This document shows, piece by piece, positions 8,377-15,948 of a stretch of 56,877 nucleotides of DNA; the first letter of the stretch is position 1; every line of letters begins with the position of its first letter. This stretch comes from an uncultured Bifidobacterium sp. (GTDB lineage Bacteria > Verrucomicrobiota > Verrucomicrobiia > Limisphaerales > JADLHS01): contig CAYSDO010000001.1 of the NCBI GenBank assembly GCA_964429665.1, positions 1 through 56,877 on the forward strand, in the 5' to 3' direction. A program made the position numbers and the translations under genes. The notes beneath the pieces are model-generated. The model was not told the DNA's origin and did not search any database. It saw only the letters and a list, made by a program, of their open reading frames with translations.

Positions 8377-9588
8377 ATGAGCGACTCATCTCCATCCTCG
8401 CGCTGCGGACTCGACACGGTCGAGATTTCGCGGATGGAAAAATTTCTCGCCGTCACGCCGCCGGAACAGCTCGCGAAACTTTTTTCCGCCACGGAACTCG
8501 CCGATGCGGGCGACGGCCCGCGGCGCGTTGAGAGTCTCGCCGCGCGTTTCGCCGCCAAGGAGGCGTGTTGCAAATTGTTTCCCAAGGAGACGACGCTCGG
8601 CACAATCGAGCCGAAGGATTTTTTTGTGTGCCGGAATGGTTACGGCGCGCCGGAGATCGAGGTATCCGCCAACGCCCGCGCCGTGCTTGACCGGAATCGC
8701 ATCGCCTCCATCCGAGTTTCACTCACGCACACAGGTACGAGCTCCTCGGCAATGACCATGGCGGAGGTGCGCCAGTTCGACGTTCCCTGGTTTGGCAAAT
8801 GGCTTTATCACCTCTTTCCGTATCGTCGCAGTGTGGTACTGGGAAACATGCGTCGCGTGTTTGGTGACACCTATCCGGAAGCAGAGTTGATCCAGCTTGC
8901 CCAGACTTACTACGGCCACTACGTCCGCTTCCTCGTCGAGTTCTTCAAGATGCCGCTGATGTCGGCGGAGAAAAAAAAGAAGTTCATCCGCATCGAGAAC
9001 ATGGAGTCGCCCATCGAGGCGCACAAGAAAGGCAAAGGCCTCATCCTGCTCACTGGGCACTTCGGCAACTGGGAGGTTTCGACTGTCGCAGGCATCCAGC
9101 AATTCCCACAGTTCAAGGGAATGTTTCATTTTGTCCGTCGCCCATTGAAGCCGAAGTTGCTGAACGATTTTGTCACGCGGCGATTTCACAAGGCAGGCTT
9201 CGGCACGATCGCCAAGCGCGGTTCACTCGACCAAATACTCGACCTTCTCGCTGGTGGCGCGATCGTGGTTTATGTATTCGACCAGCACGCGGGAAAGAAG
9301 GATGGCGTGCAGGTGGAGTTTTTCGGGCATCCTTGCGGCACGTTCAAAAGTCCGGCGTTGATTGCAATGAGCAGCGGTGCGCCGGTTATTCCTGCCTCAA
9401 GCTGGCGCGAACCAGATGGAACACACGTGCTGCGGTTTGAAGAACCAATCCCCGTGGTGGAGACGGACAATCCGGGCGAGGACATCCGCACGAACACGCG
9501 AGCCTTCAATGCCGCGCTGGAAAAGATGTTGCTGCGTCACCCCGAGCAATGGATCTGGATGCACAAGCGCTGGAAGCCAATGAGGTAA
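8377..9588 (+). CDS. fusion protein: AcpS-type 4'-phosphopantetheinyl transferase (N-terminal) plus LpxL/HtrB-family lipid A-type acyltransferase (C-terminal)
   Basis: N-terminal ~125 aa: 'GLDTVEISRMEKF...SLAARFAAKEACCKLF...GAPEIEV...IRVSLTHT' (AcpS pattern). C-terminal part: 'RRSVVLGNMRRVFGD', 'LTGHFGNWEVS' (H-x-GNWE of PF03279) and 'HPEQWIWMHKRWK'. The usual N-terminal TM helix of LpxL is absent. Confidence 0.8.
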   Translation: MSDSSPSSRCGLDTVEISRMEKFLAVTPPEQLAKLFSATELADAGDGPRRVESLAARFAAKEACCKLFPKETTLGTIEPKDFFVCRNGYGAPEIEVSANARAVLDRNRIASIRVSLTHTGTSSSAMTMAEVRQFDVPWFGKWLYHLFPYRRSVVLGNMRRVFGDTYPEAELIQLAQTYYGHYVRFLVEFFKMPLMSAEKKKKFIRIENMESPIEAHKKGKGLILLTGHFGNWEVSTVAGIQQFPQFKGMFHFVRRPLKPKLLNDFVTRRFHKAGFGTIAKRGSLDQILDLLAGGAIVVYVFDQHAGKKDGVQVEFFGHPCGTFKSPALIAMSSGAPVIPASSWREPDGTHVLRFEEPIPVVETDNPGEDIRTNTRAFNAALEKMLLRHPEQWIWMHKRWKPMR

Positions 9589-9631
9589 ACTGAGCGCGGA
9601 CAGCTTCGTCTGCACTTCCATTCGCGCTCCG

Positions 9632-10279
9632 TTACTTGGCTCGAGACTCTGGTAGCGAAGTGGACGCCGTGTCTTGGAGAGATTGAACAGAGCCAGCCGC
9701 CGATGTTGCTGCTTCAGTGGAAACAGCCTTTACACGCAGCACACGCTCCGCTTCAGGACGACGATTCAACCAAACCAACAAAGCGATCAAGACGGCAATC
9801 ACCGTCGCCGGGATCAGGACGCGCAACATCCAATCCTTGTCCGGTTCTTGAGAAGGCGACGCTTCGGGGCGCGCCAGTGCGGCTTGTGCGAATTTCTCAC
9901 TCGCCACCTGTGAGTCGAGCTCGAACCCGCGCTGGACTGCTGAGAGGATTTCGTCGGGATTCGGCGTGCGAGCTATGAAGTTGTTCCCGTCCTTGATGCA
10001 ACTGAAAATGATCGTGGTATCACTGGAGTCACCAACGATGAACCGTAACGCGTCGGGTTGTAGTTTGACGGCTTGTTGGAGGACTTCATCGCCGCGCATG
10101 CCGTCCATCTGAAGATTTGCCACCACGGCATCGTAGGGTTCGGCGGAGATTTCGGCGATGGTATCGGGCCCGTCCTGCGCAAAAGCACAATCCCACGCAC
10201 GGACGTTTCCCGTCACGGCCTGTTTGATCGAGACGACCTCTTCCCCGCTGAATCCTGCGAAACAAATGCGCTTGTTCAT
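9632..10279 (-). CDS. membrane-anchored pseudo-receiver (degenerate CheY-like REC domain plus TM helix)
   Basis: REC-like layout, but the key residues are changed. The acidic pair reads 'FAGFSGEE'. The phospho-acceptor position is 'VVANLQMDGMRG' (Asn). The Lys position is 'FIARTP'. A TM segment 'VLIPATVIAVLIALLVWL' follows. Confidence 0.6.
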   Translation of the reverse strand: MNKRICFAGFSGEEVVSIKQAVTGNVRAWDCAFAQDGPDTIAEISAEPYDAVVANLQMDGMRGDEVLQQAVKLQPDALRFIVGDSSDTTIIFSCIKDGNNFIARTPNPDEILSAVQRGFELDSQVASEKFAQAALARPEASPSQEPDKDWMLRVLIPATVIAVLIALLVWLNRRPEAERVLRVKAVSTEAATSAAGSVQSLQDTASTSLPESRAK

Positions 10280-10392
10280 AAGTTGTGAGAGCAGTTGAAC
10301 GTCCTGCCGCAGAACAACACGGCTTCAACCCGTCATCGGCAAAACCGGGGGAAACTTGAGTGAAGGCAAAAACTCGGGCGTTCCGGGCAGAA

Positions 10393-12159
10393 TCACATCT
10401 GCTCGACAACCTCGATGCCTAGCAATTCCAATCCCTGCTTGAGCACGCGCGCGGTGAGATCGCAGAGCACAAGCCGGGTTGCCCGTTCGGCGGCCTCCGC
10501 CTTGAGCACAGGGCAATTCTCGTAGAAGGAAGTGAACTTGCCCGCGAGTTCGAAAAGGTAGTTGCAAAGAAAATTTGGGCGATGTTCTTCGGCAATGGCT
10601 TCGAGTGTGATGCCGAAATTGAGAAAGTGTTTTGCGAGGGCAATTTCCTCAGGAGCGCGCAACGCAATGCCTGACACCTGACATTCCGCACCTGACACTT
10701 CCGCTTTTCTGAAAATGCTTTTGATGCGGGCGTAGGCGTATTGCAAGTAAGGCGCTGTGTTGCCGGAAAATGCGAGCATCTTGTCCCAACTGAACATGTA
10801 GTCGCTCTGCCGATTCGGCAACAGGTCGGCGTATTTCACCGCACCAAGACCAACGACGCGGGCGATTTCCTTCCGAGCCGTCTCGGACAGGTCACCATTC
10901 TTTTCGGAAACCACCTTGAACGCGCGTTCCTCCGCTTCATCAAGCAGATCGCCGAGCTTGACGGTATCGCCGCTGCGGGTTTTGAACGGCTTGCCGTCCT
11001 CGCCAAGAATCTTTCCAAAGCCGATGTGAACTAGTTTCACCTTTTTGGCGGCGTCCGGCAGCCAGCGGTTGAATGCAATGAAAAGCTTTTTGAAATGCGG
11101 TCCTTGCCGGTCGTCCACAACGTAAAGGATTTCATCCGGCGACCACGTCTTGAGCCGGTAATCCAATGTGGCAAGATCGGTGGTGGTGTAATTGAAACCG
11201 CCGTCACTTTTGCGGATCAACGCGGGATCAGCCACCCATTCACCGTCGCGGTTCACCAGAAACGGATCCTCCTTGGGCGGCAGCATACCATTACTGAAGA
11301 CGCCGACAGCGCCTTCGCTTTCGCGCGCGACACCGCTGGCAAGCAGGTCCGCCACAATGCCGCCGAGCCATTGATTGTAAAAGCTTTCACCAAGTGTGTG
11401 ATCAAACTTCACGCCGAGCCGTCCGTAAAGCGTGTCGAATTGAATCTGCGAAAGCCGGATCATCTCCTTCCAGATGGAAATGTTCTCTTCGTCACCAGCC
11501 TGGAGCTTTACGAGTTCCTGTTTCGCCTCTTCAAGCTTCGATGGATTTGCGTCGCACTCGGCGTTGATGACTTTGTATAAACGTTCCAGTTCGGCAATGG
11601 CGTCACGTTCAAGGGCGGCGCGATCCAGCGATTGTTTCCAGCCAAGAAGGAGTTTCCCGAACTGCGTTCCCCAGTCGCCGATGTGATTATCCGTGATGAC
11701 GCGATGCCCGAGCACGCGAAACACGCGTTGCAGGGAATCACCAATGCCGGTGGAACGAATGTGGCCGACATGCATCGGCTTGGCGACGTTCGGTGAACTG
11801 AAATCAATGACGACGGTGCGCGGCTTGGTGGCCTTGTCGAAAAACAAATGTTCACCACGCGAGGCTGCAACAAGCGTGGCCTCCAAGGCCGCTTGCTTAA
11901 GCCGGAAATTCAGAAAGCCTGCGCCCGCGATCTCAACCTTCTCGCACACATCTGCCACATCGAGTTTAGCAACAACGTCCGTGGCGAGCTGGCGGGGATT
12001 CAGTTTGCGCACCTTGGCCAGCGACATGAGTGCGTTGGTCTGGTAATCGCCGAACTTGGGATCGCAGGGCCGCACAAGAACGCTGGTCGCGTCAGCGTCG
12101 GAAAGGACAGCACGGACGGCAATCTGGAGGCGGGCTTCGATTTGTTTGTGAGGGAGCAT
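10393..12159 (-). CDS. argS: arginine--tRNA ligase
   Basis: Class I 'SPNVAKPMHVGHIRS' (HIGH). Typical ArgS C-terminus '...GIEVVEQM'. The ORF extends to 12249, but Met31 (nt 12159, 'MLPHKQIEARL') fits the family N-terminus. Confidence 0.95.
   Translation of the reverse strand: MLPHKQIEARLQIAVRAVLSDADATSVLVRPCDPKFGDYQTNALMSLAKVRKLNPRQLATDVVAKLDVADVCEKVEIAGAGFLNFRLKQAALEATLVAASRGEHLFFDKATKPRTVVIDFSSPNVAKPMHVGHIRSTGIGDSLQRVFRVLGHRVITDNHIGDWGTQFGKLLLGWKQSLDRAALERDAIAELERLYKVINAECDANPSKLEEAKQELVKLQAGDEENISIWKEMIRLSQIQFDTLYGRLGVKFDHTLGESFYNQWLGGIVADLLASGVARESEGAVGVFSNGMLPPKEDPFLVNRDGEWVADPALIRKSDGGFNYTTTDLATLDYRLKTWSPDEILYVVDDRQGPHFKKLFIAFNRWLPDAAKKVKLVHIGFGKILGEDGKPFKTRSGDTVKLGDLLDEAEERAFKVVSEKNGDLSETARKEIARVVGLGAVKYADLLPNRQSDYMFSWDKMLAFSGNTAPYLQYAYARIKSIFRKAEVSGAECQVSGIALRAPEEIALAKHFLNFGITLEAIAEEHRPNFLCNYLFELAGKFTSFYENCPVLKAEAAERATRLVLCDLTARVLKQGLELLGIEVVEQM
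10680..10708. repeat. CCTGACAC-type repeat units embedded in frame in argS
   Basis: CCTGACAC (10680), CCTGACAT (10687) and CCTGACAC (10701). The unit and the 7/14-nt spacing match the intergenic element at 37849-37901. The segment encodes 'EVSGAECQVSG' on the minus strand. Confidence 0.5.
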
Positions 12160-12266
12160 TTGCAAAAAAGTTCCGAGTTCCAAGTTCCAGGTCGAATCAG
12201 ACTGCCGGGTGATCTGGTCGTGTCGTCGAAAATGCATCAGCGGGATCACGCACCACGCATCGCGCC

Positions 12267-12731
12267 CTACTTCTTTCCCTGCTCCTTGATGATCCTGAGC
12301 ATCGCGTCGGCATCGGCAGCCTGTTCAAGCGCGTGCCGGAATTCCGCCTTGTTCAGATATTTTGCAATGTCACGAAGCGTGTGCAGGTGTTTTTGAAACT
12401 GACCCTGAGGCACGAGGAAAAGCATGACGAGAGTTACGGGTTGGGCATCCAGAGAATCGAAATTGATCCCGGCCTTGGAACGCCCGAGAACACCGACGAC
12501 CTCCGGGATAAGTTCGGTGCAGCCGTGCGGAATGCCGATGCCGTAACCGATGCCCGTGCTCATGGTTTTCTCGCGCTTCTTGACCACCGTGGCGATGGCT
12601 TCACGATTTCCAGGCGCGACTTTGCCGGCGGTGACGAGCTGATTGACCAGCTCGTCAATCGCGAGCCACCGGTCTGTGGCCTGCAAATCTGCGAGGATCT
12701 GATCTTTGGTGAGGATGTCTGCTAATTCCAT
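12267..12731 (-). CDS. ptsN: PTS EIIA-Ntr type regulatory protein
   Basis: EIIA(Fru/Ntr) fold pattern with phospho-His motif 'STGIGYGIGIPHG'. Start taken at 'MELADILTKD'. Confidence 0.85.
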   Translation of the reverse strand: MELADILTKDQILADLQATDRWLAIDELVNQLVTAGKVAPGNREAIATVVKKREKTMSTGIGYGIGIPHGCTELIPEVVGVLGRSKAGINFDSLDAQPVTLVMLFLVPQGQFQKHLHTLRDIAKYLNKAEFRHALEQAADADAMLRIIKEQGKK

Positions 12732-12771
12732 AACGCCGTTCCGCAAGCTGCATTTCGCCTGAAGCCGCGAT

Positions 12772-13335
12772 TCAATTCAAGGCGGATTTTTCCAAAGCTG
12801 AGGATATTTGCACCACCCTCCTCCGGCGAATCCGCCAGTAGGAGAGTGAAACGAACACCGCCACAGCCAGGGAATACACCAATACGCCAAGTCCGATGGC
12901 GGTCGGAATGAGTTGTTCGCCTCCGTATAAAAACAGGGCCGCACCGGGCAGGGCAAACAGGAAAACATTGCCCGCGAGACAACCGAACAGCAGCCCGAAC
13001 GGCGCTTCGCAGATGCGGCGCACATGCCAGTCGCCGTAGGCCCCCTCACCCATCGAACGCATGAGCCACGCAGATTGAAGATTTCGCGCCGCCACGAGAA
13101 GGCTTGTTGTACTGAATGCCACTGAGACAAGAGGCGATTGAGCCAGGAACGGGATCAATGCTGTATTCAACGCCACACCCCATTTCCAGCCGAGCCATTT
13201 GGCAAGGGGATTTCCCTCCAGCGCAAGATGCGGCGTCGCTATCCATGTGCTGAAGAAATCCGCCGCGCGTGAGAACGCCAGCAAACCGAGGAGAATGATA
13301 TACTCGCGGCTGGCGAATGGAATGGAGTCGTCCAT
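12772..13335 (-). CDS. polytopic membrane protein (DUF5658-like)
   Basis: Five to six hydrophobic helices. The 'ADFFSTWIATPHLALEGNPLAKW' motif resembles DUF5658 from memory. Confidence 0.55.
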   Translation of the reverse strand: MDDSIPFASREYIILLGLLAFSRAADFFSTWIATPHLALEGNPLAKWLGWKWGVALNTALIPFLAQSPLVSVAFSTTSLLVAARNLQSAWLMRSMGEGAYGDWHVRRICEAPFGLLFGCLAGNVFLFALPGAALFLYGGEQLIPTAIGLGVLVYSLAVAVFVSLSYWRIRRRRVVQISSALEKSALN

Positions 13336-13436
13336 GAAATGTCTTCAGCCGCCAATAGGCACAAGTTGCGCAAGAAGGTGAAGCCTGCTGCCCCTTTTGT
13401 GCTTTGTGTGCCTTTTTGCGGCAATGTTCGAGCGGC

Positions 13437-13826
13437 TCACTTCTTTTTGTACATCTGTTCGGGCGCGAGCAACTGCTTTTCCGTTGTCTTGAACGTCTCG
13501 CCTTTGTCTTCGATGGAACGGAAGAAACAGGAGTTATAGCCCTCATGACACGCCGGACCGTTTTGCTCCACTTGGATGAGCAGCGTGTCGCCGTCGCAAT
13601 CGAATGCGATATCCTTCACGCTCTGTGTATTGCCGCTTTCCTCACCCTTCATCCAGAACTTCTGACGCGAACGGCTCCAAAAATGGGTCTTGCCCGTCTC
13701 GATGGTTTTCTCCAGCGATGCGCGATTCATCCAAGCCATCATGACCACGCGGCCGGTTTTTTCCTCCTGAACGATCGCGGGGATCAATCCATTAGCATCA
13801 AATTTCAGTTTGTCGTAAAAGCTCAT
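13437..13826 (-). CDS. hisI: phosphoribosyl-AMP cyclohydrolase
   Basis: '[54 protein letters not shown]...DCDGDTLL...[13 protein letters not shown]'. Confidence 0.95.
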   Translation of the reverse strand: MSFYDKLKFDANGLIPAIVQEEKTGRVVMMAWMNRASLEKTIETGKTHFWSRSRQKFWMKGEESGNTQSVKDIAFDCDGDTLLIQVEQNGPACHEGYNSCFFRSIEDKGETFKTTEKQLLAPEQMYKKK

Positions 13827-13834
13827 GCGTTGGG

Positions 13835-13867
13835 GATTTTAGATTTACGATTTACGATTTACGATTC
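13835..13867. repeat. tandem heptamer (GATTTAC)n, about 4.7 copies
   Basis: gatttta-gatttac-gatttac-gatttac-gattc, read directly. It lies in the divergent hisI / sugar-operon control region. Confidence 0.8.
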
Positions 13868-13957
13868 AAAAAGCAGAAAGCTTTGACTGGACAACGCTCG
13901 TTACGGTGGTTTTCACTCGACAGTTGCGCTCGATTTTCTACCTTTCGCGTTCAAATT

Positions 13958-14956
13958 GTGAAAAAAGTACTCGTGACCGGCGGTGCCGGATACAAAGGGA
14001 CCGTGCTTGTGCCCAAGATGCTTCAAGCCGGTTATGAAGTCGTGGTCTATGACCTGATGCTGTTCGGAAATTTTCTCCCGAAACATCCCAAGCTCACGGT
14101 GGTTGAAGCTGATCTTCGCGACACCGCGAAATATGCCGAGTCCGTCAAGGGCTGCGACGCAGTGATCCACATGGGTTGTATTTCAAACGACCCGAGCTTT
14201 GAACTCGACTCCGGCCTGAGCAAGAGCATGAACTACGATTGTTTCGAGCCGCTCGTAATCGCCTCGAAGCAGGCGGGTGTGAAGCGGTTCATCAATATTT
14301 CTTCCAGCTCGGTTTATGGTGTGAGCGACGCGCCCGACGTGACCGAAGATCACCCGCTCCTGCCGCTCACGGAATACAACAAGTACAAGGGGCTCTGCGA
14401 ACCGTTGCTGTGGAAACATCAGTCCAAGGATTTCGTCTGCGTGACGATCCGGCCCGCGACTGTCTGTGGTTATTCACCTCGCATGAGGTTCGATCTCACG
14501 GTGAACATCCTCACCAATCATGCCTATCACAAGGGCGTCATCACCGTCTTTGGTGGGACGCAGAAGCGTCCGAACATTCATATCGAAGACGTGACCGACC
14601 TCTACATCGAGTTGTTGAAATATCCCGCTGAGAAGATTGCGGGTGAAACATTCAATGCCGGCTATGAGAATTTCACAGTTGCGCAGCTTGCCGACTTCGC
14701 AAAAAAAATTGTTGAGGATGAATTTCCCGACAAGAAACCCATCGGTATCACCACCACGCCATCGGACGACAATCGTTCCTACCACGTCTCCTCAAAAAAA
14801 ATCCTGGACAAGCTGGGGTGGAAGCCGAAGCGTTCCATTGAGGACGCGGTGCGCGATCTTTGCCGCGCTTTCAAAGCGGGTAAGTTCCCGACGAACACCA
14901 TGACCGATCAGACCTACTTCAACGTGAAAACGGTGAAGTCCATCGGCCTCAAATGA
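13958..14956 (+). CDS. NAD-dependent epimerase/dehydratase (extended SDR) A
   Basis: GTG start gives 'VKKVLVTGGAGYKG'. 'SSSSVYG' and 'EYNKYK' (YxxxK) are present. The stop overlaps the next ATG (ATGA, 14953-14956). Confidence 0.85.
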   Translation: MKKVLVTGGAGYKGTVLVPKMLQAGYEVVVYDLMLFGNFLPKHPKLTVVEADLRDTAKYAESVKGCDAVIHMGCISNDPSFELDSGLSKSMNYDCFEPLVIASKQAGVKRFINISSSSVYGVSDAPDVTEDHPLLPLTEYNKYKGLCEPLLWKHQSKDFVCVTIRPATVCGYSPRMRFDLTVNILTNHAYHKGVITVFGGTQKRPNIHIEDVTDLYIELLKYPAEKIAGETFNAGYENFTVAQLADFAKKIVEDEFPDKKPIGITTTPSDDNRSYHVSSKKILDKLGWKPKRSIEDAVRDLCRAFKAGKFPTNTMTDQTYFNVKTVKSIGLK

Positions 14957-15948
14957 GCGCGCCCGGCATAGCAGTTGTAACCGGTGGCGCAGGGTTCATC
15001 GGCAGCCACATGGTGGACCTGCTTCTTGGCGAGGGATTCCGCGTACACGTCATTGACAGTCTCGTTGGTGGGCGGCTGCAAAACCTGGAGCAACACAAAA
15101 ACGAAGCACGTCTCAAGGTGGACGAGCGCGACGTGCGTTCACTCGCGCCGGATGACCCGGCATTCACAGGTGCGAAATACGTTTTTCACTTCGCAGGCAT
15201 CGGCGACATCGTGCCGAGCATCGAGCGCCCCATTGACTACATGTCCACGAATGTCATGGGCACAGTCCACACGCTCGAAGCCGCACGTCATGCAGGCGCG
15301 CAGAAGTTCGTTTATGCCGCTTCGTCTTCCTGCTACGGCCTCGCGCCCGTACCGACAACCGAGTCCACACCCATCACGCCGGAGTATCCTTACGCATTGA
15401 GCAAATTTCAGGGCGAACAGGCCGTTTTCCACTGGGGCAAGGTCTATAAGATGCCGGTGAATTCCATCCGCATCTTCAACGCCTACGGCACACGCTTCCG
15501 CACCAGCGGCGCTTACGGCTCGGTGTTCGGTGTGTTCCTCGCGCAAAAGGCGAACGGCAAACCCTTCACCCGCGTCGGCGACGGCAACCAACGCCGCGAC
15601 TGGGTTTTCGTCACAGACATCGCACGCGCGTTCTACGCCGCCGCCACGACCAACAAATCGCAGGAGATTTTCAACGTCGGCACAGGTAATCCGCAGACGG
15701 TGAACCGTCTCATTGAATTGCTCGGCGGTGAAATCGTTCAATTACCCAAGCGCCCCGGTGAACCGGATTGCACTTGGGCGGACATCACGAAGATTCAGCG
15801 CGAACTAGGCTGGTCGCCGAAGATTCCGCTCGAAGATGGCGTGAAAATCATGCTCGCCAATCTGAATTACTGGCGCGAAGCCCCCGTGTGGGACGTGAAG
15901 AAGATTGAGCAGGCCACCAAGACGTGGTTCAAGTATCTCGACAAATAA
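14953..15948 (+). CDS. NAD-dependent epimerase/dehydratase (extended SDR) B
   Basis: 'VVTGGAGFIGSHMVDLLL', 'ASSSCYG' and 'YPYALSKFQGE' (YxxxK). Confidence 0.9.
   Translation: MSAPGIAVVTGGAGFIGSHMVDLLLGEGFRVHVIDSLVGGRLQNLEQHKNEARLKVDERDVRSLAPDDPAFTGAKYVFHFAGIGDIVPSIERPIDYMSTNVMGTVHTLEAARHAGAQKFVYAASSSCYGLAPVPTTESTPITPEYPYALSKFQGEQAVFHWGKVYKMPVNSIRIFNAYGTRFRTSGAYGSVFGVFLAQKANGKPFTRVGDGNQRRDWVFVTDIARAFYAAATTNKSQEIFNVGTGNPQTVNRLIELLGGEIVQLPKRPGEPDCTWADITKIQRELGWSPKIPLEDGVKIMLANLNYWREAPVWDVKKIEQATKTWFKYLDK

Noticed and set aside
12160-12249. A 30-codon N-terminal extension of argS. The same type of extension occurs at 21633-21674 (rsfS), 22285-22416 (gamma-CA), 35322-35447 (pal) and 18483-18575 (dehydrogenase homologue).
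   Set aside because: The family N-termini or signal peptides start at the internal Met. The extensions have no family counterpart and partly cover repeats or terminators.
13835-13867. The heptamer array, or any other repeat in the window, as a CRISPR array.
   Set aside because: The units are 7-8 nt and directly abutting, or are simple hairpins. There are no 25-40-nt repeats separated by unique spacers, and no cas genes.
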